From a virus (Duplodnaviria; Caudoviricetes), in IMG/VR virus record IMGVR_UViG_3300042301_004035: a DNA stretch of 64,000 nucleotides; one strand, given 5' to 3'. Of the stretch, positions 9,920-21,500 are shown piece by piece. Below the pieces are notes generated by a model. The model saw only the letters and a program-made list of their open reading frames with translations, was not told the origin of the DNA and ran no database searches. Every line of letters begins with the position of its first letter. Position 1 is the first letter of the stretch. The position numbers were made by a program, and so were the translations under genes.

Positions 9920-11995
9920 TCATGAGTTTAGTCTAGACTCAAGTTCTTCTACTTTAGCTGATAACTCTTGAACTGCCTTAACTAAAAGTGGTATAAAATC
10001 CATTTCTTTCCACATTTTTGGTTTCCAAGCTGAAAAATCAAATGCTCCACCTGGTTGATCGTGTGGCAACGATGCGTCTGGAGATTCATAAACTGTTAGC
10101 AAGGGTTGATCTTCAGCCATTTCTTCAGCTATAAAACCATATGATTTATTAAATTCATTTATTGCTTTAGCTTCTTCTGTCCAAGGTTCTCCAGTCCAAG
10201 GATCAACTTTATCAAAGGCATCTATGTTCCAATTGAAAACTCTTGGTCTAACTGTCTTTAAGATATCTAATGCGTCTGGTATATTTTCTATATTGTACTT
10301 GTATTCTCTTTTTGAAGAAGGAGAACATAATGCCTCTACTGAACCTGCGCCATGGACTCTTGCATTTGTACTGCTTCCAGTAGAATTAAAAACTCCACTA
10401 CATCTATATCTAAATCCTGCATCTATCTCAATATTAGTTGCCTGAATAAATCCACCTGTATCAACATATAGATCACCCAGGAGTATGGCAGATCCGCTTA
10501 TGGTTCCACCAAATAAACGATCTGCGCTTAATGTTCCAGCGGTAATTAAATCGGCGTTTATTGTGCCTGTCGTTATTCTATCTCCGCTAATTATGGTAGT
10601 GCCATTATCTATCGAAACTTGTATTTCTCCAGCTGTTATTTTTGTTTCAGCTAATGCATATGCGGTGTCTGCATCCGATTGCGCAGCAGTTGCGGCATCT
10701 TGTGCGGATTGGATTAAAGATAATGTACTACCACCAGTAATGGTAACGTTACCCGTTATACTTAATGTTGAGCCATCCCAAGTTAATTTATCACCTAAAG
10801 AAAAGTTAGCTTGTCCACCAGAATTTTTACCAACAAAGAAAGCAGTGTTACCGCTAGCAAAAGTTCCGTTTCCGTAATACATTGTATTAGCAGATATTGT
10901 TAAGCCACCTATGAACCCATCTTCATATATCGTGACCCCAAATTCATCCACAAGATCTTGAGCTATATTGCCGACTTCTTCAGCGTCTACCACATCTGAG
11001 CCATCGCTAAGCTTCAATACACCTTGTACTGTCAATATGCTATTTGCCCATGTTAGCTTATTGCCCAAAGAAAACTTGTCAGTAGCATCAACATAGAATG
11101 CTGTATTCGCATCACTATAAAGACCTATGCCATCAACATTATTGGTTAAAAATATAGAAGCGTTTCCACTATTGTTTAAAGATGTCCTACCTGTTAAAGT
11201 GAGACTATTAGCCGTGACATCGCCAGTGTTAGTAACCCTAAATGGAGCCACTGAAAAGCTAGTGCTATTTGAACCGCTCCACATGTTTCCATTCGAATCA
11301 ACATGGAATGACGTCGCGTCTGATGTTCCTTGATCTTCGCCAATATCTAAACTAGACCTGATGCTAGCGTCATTAAACACAGCTTTTCCATCGCCACTTA
11401 TCTTCCAACCAGTTCCACCAAATGTAGTATTCGCTGCGGCATAGTTGTTAGATTTTAGAATGGAGTTAGCCCCAGACAAGGTTATTGTTTGTGCGCCTAT
11501 TGTTCCAGCTGTTATTTTTGATGCAGTTAAGCTGCTGATATATTGGCTATCAATTAGCGGTGTTGATTGATCAGTTTGAGTTAAAGCTGTCCATGGACCA
11601 AGATTACCAGTCGTGTCTACTGATCTAACTCTGCCCCAATAAGTTTTAGCGACCGTGTCTGTACTGTTTGGTACCGCTACCGTAAAAACGTTTGCGGAAC
11701 TAAAACCTGTTGAAGTAGCTGTCCCCGTGCCGGCACCATTGTCGTATAATTCATATTCATATTTGTCTATATCTAAATCATTACTAAAGTCAAAAACAAA
11801 CATGACATTTTCAAATGATGCATATAGAGCTAAATTAGATATGGCGTCTGGTATCGTGGTATCTTTAGGAATTGAAACTAATATAGAATCTACGCTTTCT
11901 GAATAAGCGTTAATGTCGGTATTTTTGGTTCTGACACTAAATATATAATTCTTGCCTGGTTTTAAGTTTTCAATTTTTTTTATAATCTCAGCCAT
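9920..11995 (-). CDS. Tail fibre/tail protein with N-terminal FN3-like domains and a C-terminal S74 intramolecular chaperone
   Basis: 'YWGRVRSVDTTGNLGPW' (FN3-like), 'ASKITAGTI' repeats, C-terminal 'SSKREYKYNIENI..ALD..YGFIAEEM...LLVKAVQELSAKVEELE'. Confidence 0.8.
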   Translation of the reverse strand: MAEIIKKIENLKPGKNYIFSVRTKNTDINAYSESVDSILVSIPKDTTIPDAISNLALYASFENVMFVFDFSNDLDIDKYEYELYDNGAGTGTATSTGFSSANVFTVAVPNSTDTVAKTYWGRVRSVDTTGNLGPWTALTQTDQSTPLIDSQYISSLTASKITAGTIGAQTITLSGANSILKSNNYAAANTTFGGTGWKISGDGKAVFNDASIRSSLDIGEDQGTSDATSFHVDSNGNMWSGSNSTSFSVAPFRVTNTGDVTANSLTLTGRTSLNNSGNASIFLTNNVDGIGLYSDANTAFYVDATDKFSLGNKLTWANSILTVQGVLKLSDGSDVVDAEEVGNIAQDLVDEFGVTIYEDGFIGGLTISANTMYYGNGTFASGNTAFFVGKNSGGQANFSLGDKLTWDGSTLSITGNVTITGGSTLSLIQSAQDAATAAQSDADTAYALAETKITAGEIQVSIDNGTTIISGDRITTGTINADLITAGTLSADRLFGGTISGSAILLGDLYVDTGGFIQATNIEIDAGFRYRCSGVFNSTGSSTNARVHGAGSVEALCSPSSKREYKYNIENIPDALDILKTVRPRVFNWNIDAFDKVDPWTGEPWTEEAKAINEFNKSYGFIAEEMAEDQPLLTVYESPDASLPHDQPGGAFDFSAWKPKMWKEMDFIPLLVKAVQELSAKVEELESRLNS

Positions 11996-12936
11996 TACAA
12001 AGTTGCTCCTGTGACGATTCTTCCTAATAATGAAGAACTTACTTCCTCTTTATTCAAAGTTAAATAATTATTTAAAGAAAAACTATATTTTTTTATATTT
12101 ATTTTTCCATCTGAAGATAGTATATTTTTTTCATAGTTAGAAACTATTTCAAATACATAGTTTTTATACGATAAATCTGTCTTAGAAAAGACTAGCGCAT
12201 CTGTGCTTTTGTTTTGATTGTACAGATCAATTTCTTGCCAATCTAAAACAACTTTATTGTCTATATCTTGATCCGAACCATAGGCTGTGATTCTTATTCT
12301 GAACTTACCGTAGTCAGGACCTTTGTCAGAGTATATCTTTATGCTTGGTCCAGTAAAAGTTCCTATTAAAGAAGCCCCTGGATTTTTAGAAACACCAGAA
12401 TCCCAATTAGACTCACTGTTGACAAATGATAAATTATAGTAATTATTTGAATTTAAATCCCTTATATATGAAGAAACATTTACATCTTCTTCAGAAGAAA
12501 CAAATTGTGATTCTGATTCTTCGCAAGCTTGATACTGATTATCTTGGGTTCTCTTTTTAATTAATTTTAAATTTGGAGTTTTATAATATAAACTATATTG
12601 TTTATTAATATCAATATCCTTTGAGTGATTTTCCGCTGCTTTAAAATATAAAAGATTATCAACAATTTGAGTTATTACCGGAGTTGAATCATAATTTTCA
12701 GAAGACTTATCTTCATAAACAACTAAATAAGAATCTGGATCAACGGAAGCTGTTTTGGTAAAAATTGAACCTTCTTTATTTAAAGCGTAGTAAATGTCAA
12801 CATCTAAATTTTCTACATCAATAAAAAGCCAAGAATCTTTAACAATGTTTTCTTTAGCTATTGGAAAAGTTATTTTTTTCCTTAAATTAGGATAAACATA
12901 ATTTCCATCTAAATCATAATATCTAAACCAAGCCAT
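11995..12936 (-). CDS. Putative tail/structural protein with a beta-sandwich domain
   Basis: 313 aa, coupled to the tail fibre gene. Confidence 0.45.
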   Translation of the reverse strand: MAWFRYYDLDGNYVYPNLRKKITFPIAKENIVKDSWLFIDVENLDVDIYYALNKEGSIFTKTASVDPDSYLVVYEDKSSENYDSTPVITQIVDNLLYFKAAENHSKDIDINKQYSLYYKTPNLKLIKKRTQDNQYQACEESESQFVSSEEDVNVSSYIRDLNSNNYYNLSFVNSESNWDSGVSKNPGASLIGTFTGPSIKIYSDKGPDYGKFRIRITAYGSDQDIDNKVVLDWQEIDLYNQNKSTDALVFSKTDLSYKNYVFEIVSNYEKNILSSDGKINIKKYSFSLNNYLTLNKEEVSSSLLGRIVTGATL

Positions 12937-12938
12937 AA

Positions 12939-14504
12939 TTAAACCTCATAAACAAAAACTTCATATTCGTGATTGACAGCAACATCGCCATCTTCTATCT
13001 CTATCGTTATTACGGCATCAACGACCGGTATTCCACCATCTATTATATCCTGTTGTATGTTCGTAATCTGTATAGACTTAGCTTTAGGTACAACTACAGT
13101 AGTATCTGTTCTCACAATATCATAATCAATGTCTGTTGATTTAATTTTTTGGCTACCGTCATTACCCGTATGCGCGTGACCAGATAGTGAAACTCCGTCT
13201 ATCTTCATGCCAGGATCAACGGAAATATTCCCAGTTATTGTTCCGCCATCTTTTAGTAAATATTGTGGGTGATGATTTTCAGTTAGGTTATGTAAGCTTG
13301 CATGATCAGAAATTAAATCACTTTGATCTTTATAAGTTATATGAGAATTCTTATATATTTCAGAATAATTATCTTCTGTTATTGTTTTGCGAATAACTTT
13401 TTTATTTTGTCCCTTAAATGAAAGTTGAAATATATAATTAGAATATCTTCTCTTTTGTTGAATTAGGTCTAACAATTTTTCTACTCTAGATCTTATAATT
13501 TGATTTCTTTGTATCAAGTCGCTGAGTATCATGCCGAAGTTTGCATTTATTACATTTGTGGCGATAACTAACTCTTCTGTTAAAGTTGGGAATCTAGATG
13601 CAAATGTTGTTGTATAGAAGTTTGCCTCCATAGGAGAAACTATCTTTGTTTTAAAATTTAGTGTTTGTGATAAATACCTATCATAAAAAATACTGCAGTT
13701 ATCTACGTAATCTCTTTTTAGATTATTTAATAAACTGGCGATTTCTTCGTTTAAAGCTTCTAGTCTAATCGAAAAAAATGCTTGGAATTCAACGGCTTGT
13801 TTTTCTGTAATTTGATCCAGTTCGGAAGCTGTGATTTCTCCTGGTGATGAAGAGATCGATTTGACAATGCGTTGCGTGCATTGTGCTGCGACCTTTGCCC
13901 ATGCGTCGAATTGTACTGCAACTTCTTTTTGTGAGTCATCTTCATACTGCTCCTGGAAATTTATTAATATAAAATTTTTAATATAAAAAGCTTCATTTAA
14001 CATTGCGTTTAATAAATTCCTATAATTTAACAAATAAGAAAAAACGCTTTGTGAACAAATTTGGTTAAACTCGGCTATAAATCTTCTGGCAACCGTAGAC
14101 ATAGATCTTTCGGCGTATTTATATTCTTCAAAGGAAACAAAATCTGGTTCCGGCAGTTTGACGTCGTTATATTTGCATAATTCCTCCCAAAGTTTTGTGT
14201 GACATTCTTCCATATTTGGAGTTAATTTTTGATCTAGATAAACTTTATATAATATATTATCTATGGACTTAATTGTTTCTTGAATGTAATTATATGTTTG
14301 AAAAGATTGATTTTTTAAAAAGTTTAAATCAACTGTCATACTTGGTATTAAGCTGTAATCAAGATTTGTTGGGATACTATTAGCGTATTTATTTACAGTA
14401 ATGTCGTCTCTTGTTTCTTCTTCAAAAAAAGATACGTCCGTTTTATAGCCACCAAATATGTCACTGGTTGGACCAAAATTATTTTCGATGTTGTTAATAG
14501 ACAT
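12939..14504 (-). CDS. Putative structural protein; helical N-terminus and tail-fibre-like C-terminus
   Basis: 521 aa; 'HPQYLLKDGGTITGNI..HAH' motif near the C-terminus. Confidence 0.45.
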   Translation of the reverse strand: MSINNIENNFGPTSDIFGGYKTDVSFFEEETRDDITVNKYANSIPTNLDYSLIPSMTVDLNFLKNQSFQTYNYIQETIKSIDNILYKVYLDQKLTPNMEECHTKLWEELCKYNDVKLPEPDFVSFEEYKYAERSMSTVARRFIAEFNQICSQSVFSYLLNYRNLLNAMLNEAFYIKNFILINFQEQYEDDSQKEVAVQFDAWAKVAAQCTQRIVKSISSSPGEITASELDQITEKQAVEFQAFFSIRLEALNEEIASLLNNLKRDYVDNCSIFYDRYLSQTLNFKTKIVSPMEANFYTTTFASRFPTLTEELVIATNVINANFGMILSDLIQRNQIIRSRVEKLLDLIQQKRRYSNYIFQLSFKGQNKKVIRKTITEDNYSEIYKNSHITYKDQSDLISDHASLHNLTENHHPQYLLKDGGTITGNISVDPGMKIDGVSLSGHAHTGNDGSQKIKSTDIDYDIVRTDTTVVVPKAKSIQITNIQQDIIDGGIPVVDAVITIEIEDGDVAVNHEYEVFVYEV

Positions 14505-14506
14505 AA

Positions 14507-16357
14507 TTAAAACATCTTTCTTTTACCGTTAGATATAACAGAACTTTTTTTTCTAAACTTAGTTGCAGCCAAACCATCATTTCTGCCAACTATTGCATAC
14601 TTTGGTTTTTCTTCTTCATCTTGGACCGTATTAACCTTTGGCATGTAAAAGTCGTTAGAGAAAGTTTCGGTATTCATAGCATAGTTACCTTTTGAAAATT
14701 CTCCATAGTTTTGGGTTATAGCTAAAAGTGCTAACATTAAAGCGTCGTGCGCGTGGTCCATTGCGGTTCCGCTTGCTTCAAATATTGGTCTCCCAATTTG
14801 AGTTGTTCTTATCACAACATATGAAATTAATTGGAGATAAAGTTCTTCGTCCGATTCTGGAAAAACTATTTTTTCTTTTTCCAAGAACTGACGAAGATTA
14901 TCTACCATGTACGGTTTTATTTCTTTTTTAACCAACATTTTTGTGTATGGGTCTCTCACCTCTATCGCCTCAGCAAAAGATACGCCTTTAACCTTTTCTT
15001 TAAGACCGGATCTAGGATTCTCAACGCCATATTTGTGCAGTAGTTCGACCTGGACTTCTCCAAATCCTCTGTCAACATAAATATGTTTTGGTTTGAATAT
15101 TTCGTTAAGCTCAAATATTCTGTCTACAGCTTTAGTTAAAGTATATTCAGACCTATCTATTTCTTCCCTATATGCCACTCTGGATCTTCCTCTAAATCTT
15201 GGATCCTCGTGGTTATCTGAGCATGCTTCAACAACAACTATGTTAGTCCCAGCTCCGTATTTGTCCCAGTCAACGCCTATAACATGGAAAGATCTTGCCG
15301 AAGTTATCTCTGGCTCATAAGTCCACGAAGGGCTAAGAAATGCTTTGTCCACAAATTTTCTTGGGTATACGCCTTCTGAGTCTTCGCCCCAGTCTGCTTC
15401 TATTTCATGGCGATAACCCATTTCGGTGTATTGTTCTCTAAACTCATCTTCTTGATCTTTAGAAAAATAAGGGTTGCAATATGATGGAAACCAAAATTCT
15501 TGGAACCTTTCAGACCTGCACCATTCCCAAAATTTTTCTCTTCTACCAGTTGGGGTAGAAGCACCAATCATCATTTTGTCTGGTTGATCTTCTGCAGTTT
15601 TCTGCAACATAGCATACAATGCATCTAGGTCATCCGTATGCATGTAGTCCATTTCGTCTAACACAATCACGTGTGCTTCCTGACCACGAGCTACGTCTGA
15701 CTTACCACCGGAACGCATACCAGATGTAAAGAATCTAATAGTTGAACCGTTAGAAAATTCCATCATAAATTGAGGGCTGCTAACTTTTCTTGTTATTGAA
15801 TTCATAACAACTTCGTTTTTGCCAGCTATTCTTCCAATTTCCTGGTAAATAAGTTCTACCTGTGTTTTCATTGGAGCAATAACAAGACACCTACCATCTT
15901 TATGCGTGTAACTGTAATGCAAAAGTGTAATGGCAAGTGTAAAAGTTTTCCCTAAACGACGACCAGCTCTTAATACTTTTCTTAATGATGGATCTCTTAG
16001 TATTAATATTTGATAAACTCTAGGTTGAACCTGTAAAAAGTTTTTTGCCCAAACAACAGGATCTTTAGCTAAATGCATTTGCCTTTGTTGTTCGCCAGAT
16101 ATTCCAACATCTAAAAGTTCTCTATCTATCTCAAATGGTTCATCAATTAAGAAAGATAATTCTCTATTAGTTAGAGGTCTTCCAGTTATGGGTGTCCCAT
16201 CAGCCCAGTTAATGTGTTGTAGTTTATTTTCAAAAACCCATTCAATTCTATTAACCTGTTTAAACAATTCTATATCTTGATCTTTAATTAATTCTAAAAG
16301 ATCTTCTCTAGAAAGTTTTTCTAGTCTTCTTCTAAATTCTTTAGTTTTATGATCCAT
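14507..16357 (-). CDS. Terminase large subunit
   Basis: Walker A 'AGRRLGKT', Walker B 'VIVLDEMD', motif III 'GASTP', RNase H-like 'IGVDW' and 'DHAHDALMLA'. Confidence 0.9.
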   Translation of the reverse strand: MDHKTKEFRRRLEKLSREDLLELIKDQDIELFKQVNRIEWVFENKLQHINWADGTPITGRPLTNRELSFLIDEPFEIDRELLDVGISGEQQRQMHLAKDPVVWAKNFLQVQPRVYQILILRDPSLRKVLRAGRRLGKTFTLAITLLHYSYTHKDGRCLVIAPMKTQVELIYQEIGRIAGKNEVVMNSITRKVSSPQFMMEFSNGSTIRFFTSGMRSGGKSDVARGQEAHVIVLDEMDYMHTDDLDALYAMLQKTAEDQPDKMMIGASTPTGRREKFWEWCRSERFQEFWFPSYCNPYFSKDQEDEFREQYTEMGYRHEIEADWGEDSEGVYPRKFVDKAFLSPSWTYEPEITSARSFHVIGVDWDKYGAGTNIVVVEACSDNHEDPRFRGRSRVAYREEIDRSEYTLTKAVDRIFELNEIFKPKHIYVDRGFGEVQVELLHKYGVENPRSGLKEKVKGVSFAEAIEVRDPYTKMLVKKEIKPYMVDNLRQFLEKEKIVFPESDEELYLQLISYVVIRTTQIGRPIFEASGTAMDHAHDALMLALLAITQNYGEFSKGNYAMNTETFSNDFYMPKVNTVQDEEEKPKYAIVGRNDGLAATKFRKKSSVISNGKRKMF

Positions 16358-16359
16358 AA

Positions 16360-17766
16360 TTACCCAAAATGAGCTGCCATCATAGACGCTTCCGAACCCA
16401 ATGCGCTTCTTGCATTTAACCTAGAATTTTGTATAGCCATAACGCCTCTTGACCTCGATGTAGCAGCTGCTTCAGTGTCTCTATATCCCATCCCAAACAT
16501 AGGTTTACTAAATGATCCTTGTAAGGATTTTTCTGCGTCTCTAGCTAAGTTTATACCACTTTTGATTACTTCGCCACCCATTTTGCCAATATCATAAACT
16601 AAAGATGCTGTAGCTAATAAATTAAGCCCAGGGATAGCCATTGCTGCACCTCTTGCCCCAAGCACCTTCATGCCGGCTTTAGTGCTAAAGGCTTCCATCG
16701 TACCTTTTGCTCCAAGAGTTTTGAATGCACCTTCTTTAAGAATTTGTTTTGCAGCAGTTTCTCCTGCAAGTTTTTCTCCAGCTTTACCAGCAATTCCCTC
16801 TGTGCCTAAAGCACTAGTCATGTTGGCTATCGCCTTTTGAGCACCAGCGAAAGCTTCGCCTTCAAGCCCAGCTACACCAGCAAATCCTTGTGCTCCTCTA
16901 AAGTACCCAGACATATAGCGGGTACCTTTACCTGCCATAGAAGATGCCAATAGGTTTCCCCTAGCTCCAATCTCACCACTTCTTGCAGCCACCATTCCTT
17001 CTGATAATGCTGTTCCAGAACTTGTCATTCTTTCAAGCATCGGTATTCCAGCTGGAGACCCCATTGTCATTGTCGTCATTCGTGCATTATTCATTCCAGC
17101 CATTCTTTGTATACCGATATCTGATTGACTCAATCTTGACATGGCTCTTGCATTTCCGCTTAGCGCTTTACGTTCTAATAAATCCATTTTTCTTCCAGCG
17201 GTTATTCCAGAAAACAAACCAGGGCCAAGAAGAGCTTCATCTCTTGCCGTTCCACTTGCTTCTGCCAATTTTCCCAAAGGACCGAACCTTGCCTTAGAAA
17301 GAGGACCCCTTATACCTTGTGCGTAAGTGTACGTTCTTTGGTCTTCAGCAAATGCACTTAAGCTTGACATCCTTCTTAGTGCTCTAGGTCTAGCTGTTAC
17401 AGTGTTAACTCTTGCACCATAATAAATTGGTTGTCTTCCTGCTTCCCCTGCGAGTCTAGCTCCCCTTTTACCCCTTCTACCAAAAGAAAGAAATTGTTGT
17501 CCAGAACTCAAATCATTTGGGTCAAGACTCATTGCCCCACTTCTAAAAGCTCCATACCTTTGAGCCTTTTTGTCTACCCCAAACCTCGAGGCGTCGTCCA
17601 TGAATCCGCCGCCAGCCATAATTGTTCTAGCACCACGGCCAGCCTGGAACCCAATACCCGCAGTTATCCCAGGAAGATTTTCTAACGTTCTTGCATACAG
17701 AGGAGTTTCAAGCATCTCGTCTTGAGTATAAGGCTTTGGCATTCCTGTCATTGGATCGATTGGCAT
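16360..17766 (-). CDS. Gly/Ala/Arg-rich putative internal virion protein
   Basis: 468 aa, Gly/Ala-rich, coupled to its neighbours. Confidence 0.45.
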   Translation of the reverse strand: MPIDPMTGMPKPYTQDEMLETPLYARTLENLPGITAGIGFQAGRGARTIMAGGGFMDDASRFGVDKKAQRYGAFRSGAMSLDPNDLSSGQQFLSFGRRGKRGARLAGEAGRQPIYYGARVNTVTARPRALRRMSSLSAFAEDQRTYTYAQGIRGPLSKARFGPLGKLAEASGTARDEALLGPGLFSGITAGRKMDLLERKALSGNARAMSRLSQSDIGIQRMAGMNNARMTTMTMGSPAGIPMLERMTSSGTALSEGMVAARSGEIGARGNLLASSMAGKGTRYMSGYFRGAQGFAGVAGLEGEAFAGAQKAIANMTSALGTEGIAGKAGEKLAGETAAKQILKEGAFKTLGAKGTMEAFSTKAGMKVLGARGAAMAIPGLNLLATASLVYDIGKMGGEVIKSGINLARDAEKSLQGSFSKPMFGMGYRDTEAAATSRSRGVMAIQNSRLNARSALGSEASMMAAHFG

Positions 17767-18509
17767 TAGTAACTCTTCCTTGAATTATGCATTCCGAGAA
17801 CTATATCTCCTGAAGCGTTTAATGCTTGAGCTGCTGCAAGTGAAGTGCTGTATGGGCTACTTGATAGTAGTTGTCTATTATCTCTTACTCTTGACATCGC
17901 CATGCCAGGCACTACAGCAGCGCCCCCGAGGCCGCCTATTGTTGCCCCGATTGCAGTTCCTATGGCTGCTTTTTTAAAACTTTTTCCATAGCCATAACCC
18001 AAACCACCTATTGCCCCACCTAAAGCTGTCCCGATGCCTGCTGTAGCAAGATTTGCACCAACGGTAGGATCTGGACCATAAACACTTAAAGTCTCACTCA
18101 TGCCACCGCCTGAAGCTCCAACCGCTGCTCCGATTGCCCCTGCTCCAGCAATCATAGTTCCTCTCCCCATGCCATACCCAGCTAATTTGCCAAGTTCTGC
18201 GCCTTTAGGTATTAACTTTGCTGCTGCCCCGCCACCAATTAATCCGCCAATTGCCATAGCTCCAAGGCCAAGGCCAACAGCACCAGCTGTACCGTGAGTC
18301 GCTGCTGCTCCCAAAAACCCACTAGACATAGGTCTCCCCATGAATGTTTCATCTGCATACGGATCGTTGAAGGCTGCATCTAAAACTGCTTCTTTAGCTG
18401 ATGGGCCTATACCTTTAGCAACACCGGCCAAACCAATTGCGCCCATAGCTAAGCCAGTCGTTCCGCCAAACTTACTTCCAACTTTTGCTCCAACATTTAA
18501 TAAACCCAT
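17766..18509 (-). CDS. Glycine-zipper hydrophobic protein (putative virion/ejection membrane protein)
   Basis: 247 aa with several GxxxG hydrophobic segments. Confidence 0.45.
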   Translation of the reverse strand: MGLLNVGAKVGSKFGGTTGLAMGAIGLAGVAKGIGPSAKEAVLDAAFNDPYADETFMGRPMSSGFLGAAATHGTAGAVGLGLGAMAIGGLIGGGAAAKLIPKGAELGKLAGYGMGRGTMIAGAGAIGAAVGASGGGMSETLSVYGPDPTVGANLATAGIGTALGGAIGGLGYGYGKSFKKAAIGTAIGATIGGLGGAAVVPGMAMSRVRDNRQLLSSSPYSTSLAAAQALNASGDIVLGMHNSRKSY

Positions 18510-18514
18510 TTAAT

Positions 18515-21500
18515 TTATCCTCCAAATAAATGAGCGTGTTTTTTTGAACTCATATTATGATGGCCAATTTTATTTCTATCCAAATTCCCAACAACTCCAG
18601 CAGTAACAAGCGGATCTCTTCTATATGAAGAAAGACTAGCTTGAGGTTGCATTGTTTGTCTCATCATTTCACCATTAGACACCTTTTGTGTTATTGGCTG
18701 TTGCTGTATTGTTTCGTCGTAAATTTGGTTTTCTTTATGCTTACCATACATATAGTAACCAACTCCTGCTGCAAGTATGCCAGCACCAGTCCCATAAATT
18801 GATTTTTTATTTTCTATAAAAAAGTTTAAAGCTTTATTTTCACCAAAACCAAGCCTAGATCTAGTCATAACTTTTCTAGCTTCTGCAGCCGTACCATCCT
18901 GGCTTAAAATGTCTGCTGCTTTATTAAGCGAGTTAATGACACCCTTATTGGTTTCTTCCATTCTTCCGGAAACTCCAGCTGCTGCCAATGTTGCTTCATC
19001 GGCAAAAGCTGAAACCCTAACGGTATCGCCAACTACATCTAAGTGTGATGCTCTTTCTGTTATTAGTTTATCGTTGATTAAATCCCAGCCAGCTCTTAAT
19101 AAACTCTTAATTGTTCCTTCTGCCCTTTCTCCACTCTGAGTAGCGTATCCTATTCCTCCTTCTTGGAAGCTTGACGCCAAAACTGAAACTAAATGACCTT
19201 TATCTTTCCCAGATAAATCCATAGATGCTTGAAATTCTGCCCCTAAATTTTGGAGAGCTCTTACCTTACTAACACCTTCTTCTACTCCAACATCTGTTGC
19301 TCTTGCGGTGTGTGCTGCCAAAGCGTCATCTACAAGTTGCGCTGCTATTGCTTCATAATCTGTAGATTTTGCTTCTGAACCTAATTGCCAAAAAAGATTT
19401 ATTGTATTTTGATTTTCATTATTTTTAAGTACGCTTAAAGAAACTTTTCCTTTTTGCATTGCGTTTTCGCCAATAGTAGATTTTATTGATTCACTATTTA
19501 ATACATCTTGCAAAACTTCTGTTGGCAAAAATACTCTTGATCCAACTTCTATAGAAGATCCTGTTGAAGTTTTTAATCCGAGGTAAGCTTCTTTTTGTGC
19601 TTGGAAATGTGATACACCTGTTTCAGATAATATGTCCATATAAGAAGAATAATTTAGACTTTCTAATTGAGCTTTCAAAGATGCTTTTACTTCCTCACTT
19701 ACTCCTTCTTGAGTAAGTTTATTTGCAATAGTTGTTCTAGCTAACTCTGCGTTAGCTTGTGTGCCTTCCGACATAATCGTACTAAATACTCTACTTTTTG
19801 CGTCGAGGAAATCATAACCGATTCCACTTTTACCAGCTGCTTTCGATGCATCTAGTGTTCTCACCAAATAGTCATCTAGGTTATTGACACCAAAACCGAG
19901 CTGGAAAGGCGCTTCTGCCGATCTTCCGCCTATGCTTATTTTTACTGCTTCAGATAAAGTTGGAGCAGAAGAAAAATTCTTATATACTTTTCCTATAGAT
20001 CCGAGTATGCTTTCTTTGGTTATTTCTCCAGAAGCTGATTCCCCAACAGCTTGTGTTATTTTTCTTATTTCTTGTATTCTACTTTCTTGTCCATATGTAA
20101 TGCCAAAGTTAGCAATTGAATTTATTGCGTCTGCATTACCAGCCCTTGCTGCGGCTATAGTTTTTCTAACCTCATATGCTCCTCTGTCTGCACTACCGCC
20201 CATGTAGTCCACAACGCCTTCTGGAGAATGTTGAACAAATTTAGCTTGAGTTGTATCATATCTAATGTAACCTTTTGTTACATCTTTATCTGCAAACATT
20301 GTTACACTTTTAGTTCCTTCATCTGTTAAAAGATAATTAAAAGTTGCTTCAGACAAATGTTGTACATCAGCTATATTTTTGGTTGGAACATTAGCGCTAG
20401 ATCTATAAATTTTTCTTCTCATATTGTCGGCTATTTGCTTTGCGTCTTCTGACAAAGCTTCGTATACGGAACTACTTCTTCCTCCTCCTGGCCTAGCCAA
20501 TTGAAGTCTTTCCTTATCTGACGTTGTATATCTAAAAATAAAACTTTGCAAAAGTGTGTCATTATCTGCTAAGTGAGAACCTCTTTGCATTTTGTCAAGT
20601 AACATTTTTGCTGCTTCATCTCCGGCTTCTGCGTCTCTTACTATTCTAGCTGTGAGATCGGTATTTAAAGACATTGCTTCCACAGATGAATATGCTGCTC
20701 CGCCACCGACTTTTACATCAGCCATTGTTTCTGGAGAATACATAAACTGCCTATGAAGTTCAGCTACTTTAGAATCAGTTCTTGTTATGCCAGTTCTTGC
20801 AAATTCATCATCGACAGCTTTGTTAACTAAATCATTCATGTATGATCTATTATATTCTAGTGTGTCAACAAGTAAAGTTTCCCCACTTTTAATTCTAGAA
20901 TGTAATCTTTCAATTGCAGCTTTTGCTTCAGAATGAGAAGAGTAACCCCCCATTTGTTTCATTGTTCCAGTTAACTTTTGAATATCAAAATTAATATTAT
21001 GACCTGCAATAACTGAATTGGATTCAACTAGATTATTGATTAATTTTACTCCTTCATCAAGAAAGTCTTTTCCACCATTTTCTGAACCAACAACTTTTCC
21101 AGAAGAAAATAAGTTTACAAAAGGATTACCTTCTCCATACATTAACCCATTGAGTTGCGGTGATTTAAAGCTTGTATTTAATCCTGCTGATATCTTTCCA
21201 CTGCTTGCTATATCCGCTGTAGCCATTTGAACTATTTGTGAATTTCTAAATATTCCAGAAGTTTCAACGTCAAACATTTTTACTGATCTACCAGCAATAA
21301 CTTCTGACATATTCCTCAATACAGTTTCACCGGTTATTTCATCTATCTTAAACATCTGGCTTAAAGCTCTATGTCCCATAAGATTAGAAGTTCCAACATT
21401 AAATGCTTCAAAACCAGATTTATTTGGATTTACGTTAAACATTGTTCTATTCAAAACAACTTGAGCTGGATTCAATAATCCGTTCTTCTGTGTCTACGCC

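Noticed and set aside
49-11906. Plus-strand ORFs in the late region (e.g. 49-357, 1061-1387, 4458-5018, 5097-5534, 10485-10877)
   Set aside because: Antisense shadows of biased minus-strand genes, with no RBS or recognisable motifs.
18515-21475. Tape measure protein call
   Set aside because: No regular aromatic or TM repeat periodicity, no flanking tail-chaperone pair seen, and it has exonuclease motifs.
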